A stretch of DNA of 61,883 bases, counting the filler, from Actinomycetota bacterium (lineage in GTDB: Bacteria; Actinomycetota; Acidimicrobiia; Spongiisociales; UBA4744): assembly GCA_013152275.1 (NCBI GenBank). It is 5 parts of 5 records of this genome, joined end to end, with 100 filler letters (N's around TTAATTAATTAA, not from the genome) between each part and the next. Parts side by side here need not be neighbours in the genome. Positions count along the whole stretch, not along the records: positions 1 to 23,726 come from JAADGS010000086.1; 4 more parts are not named here. One strand, 5' to 3'. Below are positions 11,576 to 21,011 of the stretch, piece by piece. Below the pieces are notes generated by a model. It saw only the letters and a program-made list of their open reading frames with translations. It made no database searches and was not told where the DNA came from. Every line of letters starts with the position of its first letter. Within the stretch, counting starts at the first letter, position 1. The position numbers were made by a program, and so were the translations under genes.

Positions 11576-12931
11576 TCACCGTGCGAGCGGGTAGACGGCG
11601 TCTGCAGTTGCACCGGCTTTCGGCCAGACGATCTGCTTCACGAGTTGGTCACCCGACTTCTGCCACTGGACGACGACCATGTCGTGGGCGATCTGGAGGC
11701 CGTGGAAGTCGGCGGTCGTGTCGAACCTGAGTGGACCGAAGAAGGTCACCAGGTTCGTGGCGTCGAGCGCAGCCTTGATTGCATCGTTGTCGAGCGAGTC
11801 CGCCTTCTGGATCGCGTACTGGAGCAGAAGGCCTGCGGCGTAACCACCGGCGGAGTGATACGAGGGTTCCTCGCCGTACGCAGCCTTGTATTCGGAAACG
11901 AAGTCGCTGCTGGAGAGGCCGATCCAGTCTGCACCTGCCGCCGCGGCGGACGCTTCCGTGAACTTGACGGCCGGTTCCCACTGGCTCGGGCCGGCGATGC
12001 CGAGGGCGGCGTCGCCGAGCTCGGCGAACGTCGGCTCAGGTGGCGCAACCAGCAGAGACACGAACTTCACGGGGACGTTCTTCTCATAGAGCTGGCGGGC
12101 GAATGCACTGCCGTCTTGGAAGTGGCCTCCGCCAAGAATCGCGTCTGGCACCGCCGCCTGGATCTTGTTGATGAACGGATTGAAGTCGGTCGTCTCGGGG
12201 TCATAGCCCTCGAACAGGACGACATCGAAACCGTTGTCCTCGGCGTACTTCTTTGCGGCCTTGACGACACCTGTCGAGAACTTCGAGTTCTCGTAGACGA
12301 AAGCGATCTTCTTGGCGCTCGGATCGAGGCTCGTCAGCAGGTCGACGGAGCTGGTCAGATAACGACTGGACGGGGTGTACACCTGGTAGACCGAGGTGTA
12401 GCCCTGTGTGTACACGGAGTCGGATGCAGCTCCTGTGGTGATCATGACCTTGCCGTACTGCTCGGCGATGACGGCGGAGGCCGCCGTCAGGCCACTCGAA
12501 TACGGGGAGATGAGGAAGTCTGCATCGTCGTCGGTCGCGAGCTTCGTGTACAGCTCCTGGACACGATCCTTGTTGGACTCATCGTCGTAGGTCACCGCCT
12601 TGAACGTGATGACGGTGCCGTCGCCGAGTGTGATGCCGCCGGCGTTGTTCACATCGTCCATCCACAGCTGAAGACCGTCGACCTGGCGGGTCGAAGACGT
12701 GTTGAACTTGCCTGTCACCGAGGCCGTGAATCCAATCGTGACGACTTTGGGGGCAGGTGCTCCGGGCGCCGCGGTCGTTCCGGGTGCCGCCGTTGTTCCG
12801 GGTGCCGCGGTCGTTCCGGGTGCCGCGGTCGTTCCGGGTGCCGCGGTCGTCGTCGTACCGCCGGACGCGCAAGCGCCAAGCACGAGTGCCAGCACCAATA
12901 CCAGTGCCGACCAGAGATGAGTGCGTTTCAC
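11576..12931 (-). CDS. ABC substrate-binding lipoprotein, Leu/Ile/Val-binding family, with (TTAAPG)n linker
   Basis: Lipobox LGAC, YDDES, SPYSSG motifs; first gene of the liv operon. Confidence 0.9.
   Translation of the reverse strand: MKRTHLWSALVLVLALVLGACASGGTTTTAAPGTTAAPGTTAAPGTTAAPGTTAAPGAPAPKVVTIGFTASVTGKFNTSSTRQVDGLQLWMDDVNNAGGITLGDGTVITFKAVTYDDESNKDRVQELYTKLATDDDADFLISPYSSGLTAASAVIAEQYGKVMITTGAASDSVYTQGYTSVYQVYTPSSRYLTSSVDLLTSLDPSAKKIAFVYENSKFSTGVVKAAKKYAEDNGFDVVLFEGYDPETTDFNPFINKIQAAVPDAILGGGHFQDGSAFARQLYEKNVPVKFVSLLVAPPEPTFAELGDAALGIAGPSQWEPAVKFTEASAAAAGADWIGLSSSDFVSEYKAAYGEEPSYHSAGGYAAGLLLQYAIQKADSLDNDAIKAALDATNLVTFFGPLRFDTTADFHGLQIAHDMVVVQWQKSGDQLVKQIVWPKAGATADAVYPLAR
12762..12850 (-). 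repeat. Coding 18-bp tandem repeat encoding TTAAPG (about 5 units)
   Basis: Repeated ccgcggtcgttccgggtg on the + strand. Confidence 0.9.
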
Positions 12932-13074
12932 TATGAATCCCTCCGGGATCGAGTTCGACGAAGGCGACCCGGCGTTGCCGGGTCGTGGGTCGAGTTGGGT
13001 TGGGAGATCGGATGTGGAGTGGGTGACCAGTTTGCATCGCCTCGAGTGGCCATGGCAAATTCACCTTCGGTCAT
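12931..13074 (-). CDS. Putative 47-aa upstream ORF/leader peptide
   Basis: GGAGGT SD 8 nt before ATG; its TAG shares a base with the GTG start of the binding-protein gene. Confidence 0.3.
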   Translation of the reverse strand: MTEGEFAMATRGDANWSPTPHPISQPNSTHDPATPGRLRRTRSRRDS

Positions 13075-13190
13075 GCTGACACACCTCCATATCCGCCCAC
13101 GGGATCCTAGCATCGGCGTATCTCTCGTGACCTGGTGGGATCGATGTGCATGCGAGCCGTACCTCGCACCGACACTCTTGGCCGGACGCG

Positions 13191-14132
13191 TTACTCGGGC
13201 TCGAAACGCGTCCCGCTGGCGGAGGGCGGTTCGCTCGCGAGGAACTCACGGAGCGCCGGAAAGCGGTTGGCCAGTTGCTTCAGCCAGTCGGTGTAGACGA
13301 TCAACAGCGTCAGGATCATGATCGGGAACGGCAGGCTCGGGAGGATCTGGGAGACGGTGGGGAACACCGGCTGTAGCTGGATTGCGACGATCTGCAGGGC
13401 CCCGAAGAGGTAGGCTCCGAGCGCCGCTCTGTACGGATGCCACCCTCCGAAGATCACGATGGCGAGGGCGATCCATCCGAAGTTGAGCGTGTGCTGGAAC
13501 GACCAGCCCAGTTTCACGTCCAGAGAGAAGGCGGCACCCGCGACGCCGACGAGGGCGCCGCCGACCGCCGTGTACAGGTAGCGGAGGCGGTTGACCGGGA
13601 TACCCCTGGAATGTGCGCCTTCGGGGCGCTCGCCGACCGCTTGGAGCTTGAGCCCGGGCCGCGTCCGGAAGACGAACCAGTAGGCGACGAAGATGAGCAC
13701 GATACTGGAATAGACCATGAGATCCTGTTGGAAGAAGACAGGTCCGATGAAGGGGATCGAGGCAAGCCCCGGGATGGGCAGATGTGGCACACCGGCCAGA
13801 GGCTGGTGGACGTACGGATTGCCGAGGAACGTGGAGAGGTCTCGCGTCAAGGCAAACATCACGAAACCGACGGCCACCTGGTTCAGGGTCAGCGTGATGC
13901 TGGCGTAGGCGATCACCAATGCCACGAGAATCCCGACGACGGCGGCAGCGGCGAAGCCCAGTGTCGTGCTGCCGGTGGTGAAGGCGACGGCGAAGCCGGC
14001 CATTGCCGAGAGCATGATGCTTCCGTCGAGGGAGAGGTTGACGACTCCTGCCTTCTCGGTGATGGTCTCGCCGACGACGGCGAAGACCAGTGGAGCCGAT
14101 GCCGCGACGATCGATGCAAAGACGGCTTCCAT
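13191..14132 (-). CDS. Nucleoside/sugar (BMP-associated) ABC transporter permease
   Basis: GETITEKAGVVNLSLDG, GWIALAIVIFGGW motifs. Confidence 0.9.
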   Translation of the reverse strand: MEAVFASIVAASAPLVFAVVGETITEKAGVVNLSLDGSIMLSAMAGFAVAFTTGSTTLGFAAAAVVGILVALVIAYASITLTLNQVAVGFVMFALTRDLSTFLGNPYVHQPLAGVPHLPIPGLASIPFIGPVFFQQDLMVYSSIVLIFVAYWFVFRTRPGLKLQAVGERPEGAHSRGIPVNRLRYLYTAVGGALVGVAGAAFSLDVKLGWSFQHTLNFGWIALAIVIFGGWHPYRAALGAYLFGALQIVAIQLQPVFPTVSQILPSLPFPIMILTLLIVYTDWLKQLANRFPALREFLASEPPSASGTRFEPE

Positions 14133-15190
14133 CAGTGTTCCCCTGCCGGCGATGTTGAGGCCGCGGAGCCGATTCGCTTTCCGCGCCGGACCTGGAGGCC
14201 CTGCGCCAGCATGGCGAAGAGCACGAGGATGCCCTGAAGCACACCACCAAGCGACGAGTCCAGGTTCAGCCGGAGCTGCAACTGCGTGCTGCCAACGGAG
14301 ATCATGGCAAAGAAGAAGGCGACGGGAGGCACCCAGAGCGCGCTGAGACTCACGAGAAGGGCGACGAGGATGCCGAGGTAGCCGTAGCCGCCCGATACGG
14401 CCGGCACGAGTTTGTGGAAGAAGCCCGTGACCTGGACCGTTCCTGCGAGTCCTGCAAGTCCGCCACCGATGGCGAACGCCGACAGCATGTAACGGTTGGT
14501 TGGGATGCCGAGCAGATAGGCGCTCTTCGGATTCCGGCCGACCGCCTTGATCCGAAGTCCGTAACGTGTCCCTCGCAAGAGGAGGTAGACGGCCACGACG
14601 GCCAGAACGGCAACACCGACGCCGACGAGCGACAGGCGTGATCCTGCGACAGTCGGCAGCCAGGCGCGTTCCGGGAACGGGTTCGTGCCGCTCGTCGAGG
14701 CGATACCGGCGCGTTTCCAGGGACCGATGATCAGGTAGGTGGCCAGTGCTTGTCCGACGAAGGTGAGTCCCAGCCCTCCGAAGATCTCGTTGACTCGTCC
14801 GTACACCTTGAGTGCACCCGCGAAGAGGGCCCAGATCATCCCTCCAAGCGCTCCGGCGACCATGGTGAGAACGATGAGCACCCAGACCGGCCCGTCGACC
14901 GTACGAGCCACATAGCTTGCAGCGATGGCTCCGGCGATCACCTGCCCTTCCACACCGATATTCCAGAGCCCCGCGGTGTAGGTGACGACGAGACCGGCAG
15001 ACGTGAGCACGAGGGGGATCCAGGCCATGAGGGTGTCGGAGAGCTTCCGAGTGCTTCCGACGGACCCTTTCGCGAGAAGGTTGAAAGCCTCCAACGGTGG
15101 AGCGTTGACGAGCAGCATCAGGCCGGCCGCAACGAGAAGGGCGGCAACGATCGCAAAGACCGCCGAACCGAACCTGCGTGACCAGTTCAT
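14132..15190 (-). CDS. Nucleoside/sugar (BMP-associated) ABC transporter permease
   Basis: AGLWNIGVEGQ, GYGYLGILVALL motifs. Confidence 0.9.
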   Translation of the reverse strand: MNWSRRFGSAVFAIVAALLVAAGLMLLVNAPPLEAFNLLAKGSVGSTRKLSDTLMAWIPLVLTSAGLVVTYTAGLWNIGVEGQVIAGAIAASYVARTVDGPVWVLIVLTMVAGALGGMIWALFAGALKVYGRVNEIFGGLGLTFVGQALATYLIIGPWKRAGIASTSGTNPFPERAWLPTVAGSRLSLVGVGVAVLAVVAVYLLLRGTRYGLRIKAVGRNPKSAYLLGIPTNRYMLSAFAIGGGLAGLAGTVQVTGFFHKLVPAVSGGYGYLGILVALLVSLSALWVPPVAFFFAMISVGSTQLQLRLNLDSSLGGVLQGILVLFAMLAQGLQVRRGKRIGSAASTSPAGEH

Positions 15191-16659
15191 GCGGTGATCT
15201 TTCGTACGCCGCCGATCAGATAGCCGAGCTGCTCGACCGTGGCGCCGGCGGTGTCGATGACATCGAGGATCTCTCCCGAGAAGAACACGGCGATCCGGTC
15301 CGAGTACTCGAGAAGCTCGTCCAGGTCCGAGGATGCGAACACGATTGCGGTTCCGTCATCCCTTCGCTCGAGGAGTTGTCTCCACACCCAGTTGGCGGAC
15401 TCGATGTCGAGCCCACGAGTGGGATGCTGCATGAGCAGGACGCGAAGCTCGTCCGGGGTCATGGCAAGGAGGAGTCGCTGCTGGTTTCCGCCGGAGAGCT
15501 CTTCGGCTGTGCTGTCGGGACGTCCCTTGATGAAGTGCTCCTCGATGAGCACTGCCGCGCGACGCTCGGCGGCTGCCCAGTCGATGAAGAAGCTGGTCTC
15601 CCCTCCGGCGAGCACGAAATGCTCGGTCAAGGTGACACCGGCCAGCAGTCCCTCCTCGAGGCGGCCCGCAGGGAGGTAATGCACGCCCGCCTCCAGGAAG
15701 TCGCGGTAGCCGCGATGGGACATGTCCTGGTCACCGATGAGCAGCGAGCCGGTCTCAGGTTTCAGCAGTCCCGCCGCAGCGCGCAGGAAGGTCCGCTGGC
15801 CGCTGCCGACGAGGCCGGCCAGGCCGACGACTTCGGACGAGCGCACGGTCAGCGAGAGGTGCTCCATGGTGAGAAGGTCGTCGCGCAGGGTCACATCGCG
15901 TACGGTGAGCGCAGGTGGCCCGAGTTCGACGTCCTTGCGTTGCACGGTGACGACGACTTCCCCGAACATCATCTCGACCAGTTGGTCCGTCGGGCAGGGG
16001 AGATCCGCGGCGCCGACGACTCTTCCGGCTCGAAGGACGGTCACCTTGCTGCAGAGCTGTTGGACCTCTTCGAGCTTGTGCGAGACGAAGATGACGATCA
16101 TGCCCTCCGCTGCGAGGGCTTTCAACGTGGCGAACAGCTTCTCGCGTTGCGTTTCCGAGATGCCGGTCGTCGGTTCATCGAGGATGAGCACTCGAGCCCC
16201 CAGCCACAGCAGGCGGGCGATTTCGAGCTGTTGACGCTCACCGATCGTCAGTTCTCGGGCGGCAGCATCGGGATTGAGGTCGAAGCCGAACCGTCCGCAC
16301 ACCTCCAGCAGATCCCTGCGGGCTTTCTTGCGGTCCACCTGCAGGTGCCCCGGACTTCCGATGAGGAAGTTGTCGACAACCGAGAGTGGAAGGAACACGA
16401 GGGGATCCTGATGCAGCATGCCGATCCCGTGACGGAGCGCATCGTCGGGTGAGGTCAGCTCCAGCCGTTCTCCATCGAGAATGACGTTGCCGGAGTCGGC
16501 CAGGTAGAAGCCGGACAGGATCTTCATGAGCGTCGACTTGCCGGCGCCGTTTTCCCCGAGGAGCCCGTGAAGCTCGCCCGCCTCGACCTCCAGTGTCACT
16601 CCGTCGTTGGCGCGCACCGGGCCGAAGTACTTGTGGATGTCCAGCAGCCGCAGGCTCAT
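15187..16659 (-). CDS. Double-domain sugar/nucleoside ABC ATPase
   Basis: GENGAGKSTLMKIL, LILDEPT, LSGGNQQR, PTRGLDI; start at MSLRLLDIHKYFG. Confidence 0.92.
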   Translation of the reverse strand: MSLRLLDIHKYFGPVRANDGVTLEVEAGELHGLLGENGAGKSTLMKILSGFYLADSGNVILDGERLELTSPDDALRHGIGMLHQDPLVFLPLSVVDNFLIGSPGHLQVDRKKARRDLLEVCGRFGFDLNPDAAARELTIGERQQLEIARLLWLGARVLILDEPTTGISETQREKLFATLKALAAEGMIVIFVSHKLEEVQQLCSKVTVLRAGRVVGAADLPCPTDQLVEMMFGEVVVTVQRKDVELGPPALTVRDVTLRDDLLTMEHLSLTVRSSEVVGLAGLVGSGQRTFLRAAAGLLKPETGSLLIGDQDMSHRGYRDFLEAGVHYLPAGRLEEGLLAGVTLTEHFVLAGGETSFFIDWAAAERRAAVLIEEHFIKGRPDSTAEELSGGNQQRLLLAMTPDELRVLLMQHPTRGLDIESANWVWRQLLERRDDGTAIVFASSDLDELLEYSDRIAVFFSGEILDVIDTAGATVEQLGYLIGGVRKITA

Positions 16660-16934
16660 ATGGCAGCCACCATAGTGTTCCGGCAGGCGGTGTTCATGGT
16701 GTCTGTGTCGAGTCGGGAGCGTTGCTCGCCGAGTTCTCCATCCCCGACGCATTCGGGGCTTCGAGCCGACGGCTCGAGACCGGCAACTGTCAATCGGCAA
16801 TTGGCACGGCCGCCGCATTCGCCCCGCGGTCTTGCATCGACGCTACTCGCGCCACGAAATACGAAGTACGAAACTCAAAGTGAGAAATACGTGAAGGAAC
16901 CGAGCCCGTACCTCGCGCCCGAGTGCCGGCCGAG

Positions 16935-16964
16935 GAGGGGGACGGTGCGAACACCGTCCCCCTC
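16935..16964 (-). terminator. 13-bp stem with UUCG loop after the BMP gene (terminator or mRNA stabiliser)
   Basis: gagggggacggtg-ttcg-caccgtccccctc on the - strand. Confidence 0.6.
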
Positions 16965-16980
16965 GCATCCGTGCGCCTGT

Positions 16981-18282
16981 CTAGCTGGACGTGCTGGCGC
17001 CCTTCATGCCTTCGAGCAGTTGGGGCATGTACCAGATCTGTGAATCCGTTGCGGTCTCTCCGTCCGCGAGGAACGGAGTGCCGTCCTGGAAGTTCAGCGG
17101 TCCGCTCCACAGATTGATCGAACCATCTGCCAGTCCGGCGATGAACGTGTCGAGCTGAGCTTTGTTCTCGGCAGAAAGACCCGGGCCCTCGGCAAAACCG
17201 ATCGCGCTGGTGTCCGGGTTGTTGATGTTGTTCCAGTCCGGTCCGTTCCACTGCCACTCGGCCTTGAACGTACCGTTCTGCACGGACTGGGCCACCTGCA
17301 GGTACGCAGGTCCCCAGTTGAAGTATGGGACACCGAGACAGATGTCCGGTTTCTGTTCACAGGCACCCTCGAAGTCGTAGGGTACTGCCCACACCGTTTC
17401 ACCGGAGTCGGCCCGTTGGCCTGCAACGACGAGTGCTTCGGAGGTGTCGATTCCGGAGATGACCACATCGGCCCCACCATCGAAGAAACTGTTCGTGACG
17501 ACAGTCGGATCTGCGGTCACACCAGGGATGTTGAACCAGAATCCGATCCAGGAGACTTCATACTTCAAGTCGGAGGCGGCTTTGCCTCGGTAGTTTTCCC
17601 AGCAGTACTTGGCGCCCAGGTAGGCGGAGTCGGTGAGCCGGCGGGTCTCGTCATTCGCCAGTGGACCGAGATACGCGATGGATCCCGTCTGGGTCGTGAG
17701 CCCGGCGGCGCAACCACCGATCATCTTGCCGTAGATCATCCGGCCCATGATGTTGCCGAGGTTGTCGATGCCGGCAAAGGCCTTTCCGTCTTTCCAGGCA
17801 CTGTCGCCGGACGTCCAGATCATCGGGACGTCGGGATGCGCCTTGGCTGCGGCTTCGATGCCGTCCTTCATGTCGTCCGAAGTGGCGAAGATCAACTTGG
17901 CGCCCTGTTCGATCATGTCATCAACGACCTGTTCGACGCTCGTGCCCGGTCGATCGGCAGGGTTCACCTTGTCGAGGGTGATCATCTTCGCGCCGAGTTT
18001 CTTCTCGACATACTGGCCACCTTCGTAGTTGGCCTGACTCCACCCACGATCGTTTTGCGGTCCCACCAGGATCATGCCGAACACCAGCGGCTCGGCGGGT
18101 GGCGCGGTGGTGGTCGTGTTGCCGCTGGTGCTGGTGGTCGTCCCCGGTGCCGCGGTGGTCGGTGCCGTCGTGGTCCCCGGTGCCGCAGTGGTGGTCGTCG
18201 TGCCGCTGGCACAGGCGGCGAGGACAAGTGTGAATACGACTGCCACCAGCAACAGCGGTGACAGGCCTTTACTCGGTCTCAT
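16981..18282 (-). CDS. BMP-family ABC substrate-binding lipoprotein (purine/nucleoside type)
   Basis: Lipobox LAAC, Thr-rich linker, GPQNDRGWSQANYEG, WIGFWF, NWGPAY. Confidence 0.9.
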   Translation of the reverse strand: MRPSKGLSPLLLVAVVFTLVLAACASGTTTTTAAPGTTTAPTTAAPGTTTSTSGNTTTTAPPAEPLVFGMILVGPQNDRGWSQANYEGGQYVEKKLGAKMITLDKVNPADRPGTSVEQVVDDMIEQGAKLIFATSDDMKDGIEAAAKAHPDVPMIWTSGDSAWKDGKAFAGIDNLGNIMGRMIYGKMIGGCAAGLTTQTGSIAYLGPLANDETRRLTDSAYLGAKYCWENYRGKAASDLKYEVSWIGFWFNIPGVTADPTVVTNSFFDGGADVVISGIDTSEALVVAGQRADSGETVWAVPYDFEGACEQKPDICLGVPYFNWGPAYLQVAQSVQNGTFKAEWQWNGPDWNNINNPDTSAIGFAEGPGLSAENKAQLDTFIAGLADGSINLWSGPLNFQDGTPFLADGETATDSQIWYMPQLLEGMKGASTSS

Positions 18283-18363
18283 AGGTTCCTCCGTCCAGTT
18301 TGCACCGGCCCTGATGGACCGGGCTCCAACATCCATGCTATCGAGGTTTTGGCGGGAGACTCC

Positions 18364-18412
18364 GTTCTCGTGACGCTTGGTCCGGACTATCCCCACGAAA
18401 CGTCACGAGAAC
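18364..18412. repeat. 49-bp symmetric element, copy 1
   Basis: GTTCTCGTGACG-N25-CGTCACGAGAAC; supplies the last codons and stop of the thioesterase gene. Confidence 0.9.
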
Positions 18413-18864
18413 GTATCTTCGGGCATCTTTACCAGCACCGCCGATCCTTTCACCGTTCTCTTGTCCCCCGCGTAGAAGTCGGTGGTGACGACGACCTTGC
18501 GGTCCTTGACCTCGACGGCATGTCCGATGAGACGCACGGGTCCCATCGGGGTCGGTGCGAGGAAGTCGACTTCGAGATGGGCGGTGACGAAGCGGGGAGC
18601 CTGTTCACTTCCGATTTCCACGCCTGCCTTCCGCATGGTGTAGATCGCTGCCGATCCGGTGGAGTGGCAATCGATCAGGCTGGCGATGAGGCCACCATAT
18701 ACGTAGCCCGGGACGGCGGTGTGGTAAGGCTTTGGGGTGAATTCGGTGACGGTCTCATCGCCCTCGAGCACGGTCTTGATCTGGTGTCCGACCTCATTGA
18801 GGCTGCCACATCCGTAGCAGTGGGCCACGTCGTCGGGGTAGGTATCTTGGATCGCGATCTTCAT
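18403..18864 (-). CDS. PaaI/hotdog-fold thioesterase
   Basis: HCYGCG, YGGLIASLIDCHS, VTAHLEVDFLAPTP. Confidence 0.85.
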   Translation of the reverse strand: MKIAIQDTYPDDVAHCYGCGSLNEVGHQIKTVLEGDETVTEFTPKPYHTAVPGYVYGGLIASLIDCHSTGSAAIYTMRKAGVEIGSEQAPRFVTAHLEVDFLAPTPMGPVRLIGHAVEVKDRKVVVTTDFYAGDKRTVKGSAVLVKMPEDTFS

Positions 18865-19006
18865 GACGAAAACCATAGCGATCGGCGATCAGATTCCCGT
18901 CACGCATTGCCGGCAGGACCCTGGCCGGTTTCTGTTTCCACGGTCTTGTGCCACGTGGGGCTGCAGTACCGAGCACCGCATACGAAGCACGCCGAGCGAG
19001 GCGAGC

Positions 19007-20293
19007 TCAGGGGCTCCACCAGTTACCTCCGAGGACCAGCAGGCTGATCAAGGCAACCGAGTCTTCGTAGTACCCCTCGTGGCGGGCGCGGATCGCCGAG
19101 TACAGGGCGTCGATCCATGGTTGCTGATCCGTGTTGACCATGGCGGCGACGGCCAGAGGGCCGCCGAACAGAACGCTGAAGCCGGCGTCTGCGTCGAGGG
19201 GGCGCCCGTCGAGCTCATATCCCGAGTTGAGGGACAAGGGGTCGCCGTCGGCGATGGCGCTCGCCCAATGGGAGAGCTTCAGCATTCTGTTCCTCCAGAA
19301 CGGATCGTCCGAGGTCAGCGCATGTGTGCCGACCCACAACGGGTAACGCGCAGCAGTGTTCCCGAAGGCTCCGTCTGCGGGACCCATGAGGTACCCCGCA
19401 GGTGCTGGTCGGGGAGCTCCGTTGCGGCCCGCGACGGCGAACCCGGGCATCAGCCCCGTCAGGCGTGACCACTTCGCCTCCAAGGCTGCGATCTCTCCCT
19501 TGGAGGCTTTGGCAGTCTTGTCCCACAAGCTGTCGGAGGTGAATCTTCCGAAGGCCGCGAAGTGATCCGGCATGATGTCCGAGATGCGCACCGTCTGCTC
19601 GTTGTAGACCGCCCCCGTGGGGTCGACCCAGTCGCCGAGCAGCGGAAGATGGCTGGTGGGCCCGATGGTCGACTTCTCGATCGCTCTGATCAGGACTCTT
19701 GCCTCGACCTTGTAGTCGACCGCACCATCCGAACCCCACTGTCGGTCGGCCAGAAGGAGGGCGTAGGCGATACTCACGTCGCCACCGAAAACGCTGCCTG
19801 ACATGCCTCGATCGGGAACCTGCATCGCCTTCATGAGATGTTTGTCGATGTCGGAGGGATGTTCCCTCGCGTAGCTCCACAGGGCATCGAAGAGTTGCTG
19901 CGCCTCGAGGTCGTAGCCGCCCATCAGCGCGACGATCATCATTGCATATCCCTGGCCTTCCGAGACGGTCGCCCCCGAGCGCCGCTCCCCGCCCTTCGGG
20001 TGTGCCTGTCCCGAGTCGAGACCGACGAGATAGTGCTCCTTCCAGAAGTCGTAGAAGCGCCGCGTGTCGGCATCGATGCTCGTTGCCGAAGGGGCGATGT
20101 GCGACGCGGGGTAGTCGACGTGTTGTGGGAACGGGCGTGCAGGCACGACGAGAGCCGGTGTCTCGGCGACGGTTGTGGACGGCACCGGAGTAGTTGTTGT
20201 CGTCGTCGTCACGGTTGGTGGGGGAAGAGGGGCAGGCGCCGTGCACGCAGCCATGACCATCGTGAGAACGACGAGCAGCCTGATTCTGATCAT
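19007..20293 (-). CDS. Glycoside hydrolase family 8-like lipoprotein with a degenerate signature
   Basis: Lipobox MAAC, Pro/Thr linker, TVSEGQGY, GDVSIAYALLLADRQW, YYEDSVALISLL. Confidence 0.85.
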   Translation of the reverse strand: MIRIRLLVVLTMVMAACTAPAPLPPPTVTTTTTTTPVPSTTVAETPALVVPARPFPQHVDYPASHIAPSATSIDADTRRFYDFWKEHYLVGLDSGQAHPKGGERRSGATVSEGQGYAMMIVALMGGYDLEAQQLFDALWSYAREHPSDIDKHLMKAMQVPDRGMSGSVFGGDVSIAYALLLADRQWGSDGAVDYKVEARVLIRAIEKSTIGPTSHLPLLGDWVDPTGAVYNEQTVRISDIMPDHFAAFGRFTSDSLWDKTAKASKGEIAALEAKWSRLTGLMPGFAVAGRNGAPRPAPAGYLMGPADGAFGNTAARYPLWVGTHALTSDDPFWRNRMLKLSHWASAIADGDPLSLNSGYELDGRPLDADAGFSVLFGGPLAVAAMVNTDQQPWIDALYSAIRARHEGYYEDSVALISLLVLGGNWWSP

Positions 20294-20463
20294 AGGCGGC
20301 GACCCTACCAGTGGGGATATCGTTGCAGCGAGTAGCCGGACGTCTTCCGGATACGGCCGCGAGGAACGGTCCGAACACGACGATGAAGGCGGAACGTGCC
20401 ATCCCGCAGAGTCCAACCGCCCGGAAGCCGCTATGATCAAGACAGCGGAACCGATCCGCGGTT

Positions 20464-20492
20464 TTGACCGTTGTGAGCTGTCTTCATATACT
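20464..20492 (+). promoter_or_regulatory. Housekeeping sigma promoter of the str operon
   Basis: TTGACC-N17-TATACT about 150 nt upstream of rpsL. Confidence 0.75.
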
Positions 20493-20639
20493 GCATCGCC
20501 GTGGTCTTGAACCCCTAACCCCTCCAATCTAGGGCCCACCGATGTGACCCGCGTCGGTGATCCATGGTCCGGAGTCGGGTACATAAGGGTCGGCGATACC
20601 GAGGATTCGGGCGCCGACTTTCGCGTGTCGAGGAGCACA

Positions 20640-21011
20640 ATGCCGACAATCCAGCAGCTGGTCCGAGAGGGCAGGAAGCCGAAGCCGAAGAAGGAAAAGA
20701 CGCCCGGTCTCGCCGGTGCGCCGCAACGACGCGGCGTGTGTACCCGCGTCTACACAATCACTCCCAAGAAGCCGAACTCGGCGTTGCGCAAGGTCGCCCG
20801 CGTGCGCCTCACGTCGGGGATCGAGGTCACCGCGTACATCCCTGGAGAGGGTCACAACCTTCAGGAGCACTCGATCGTGCTGGTCCGAGGCGGCCGTGTG
20901 AAGGATCTCCCCGGGGTGCGCTACAAGGTCATTCGCGGCACATTGGATGCCTCCGGTGTGGCAGAACGCAAACAGGCTCGTTCCCGCTACGGAAGCAAGA
21001 AGGAGTCCTGA
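20640..21011 (+). CDS. rpsL: 30S ribosomal protein S12
   Basis: MPTIQQLVR...[17 protein letters not shown]...[10 protein letters not shown]. Confidence 0.99.
   Translation: MPTIQQLVREGRKPKPKKEKTPGLAGAPQRRGVCTRVYTITPKKPNSALRKVARVRLTSGIEVTAYIPGEGHNLQEHSIVLVRGGRVKDLPGVRYKVIRGTLDASGVAERKQARSRYGSKKES

Noticed and set aside
1..12850. 18-bp tandem repeats as a possible CRISPR array
   Set aside because: No unique spacers; they are in-frame coding repeats; no cas genes.
13121..13140. tctcgtgacctggtggga as a sixth 49-bp element
   Set aside because: Only a partial half-arm; no matching second arm at the expected distance.
20294..20638. N-terminal extension of the GH8 ORF, and the 304-aa version of rpsG
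   Set aside because: They overlap the str promoter or rpsL; a signal peptide starts at 20293 and S7 starts at 21011.
20493..20639. Structured rpsL leader (and rpoB leader 634-754) as an ncRNA or riboswitch
   Set aside because: GC-rich hairpins are possible but no recognised motif; would need an Rfam/covariance search.
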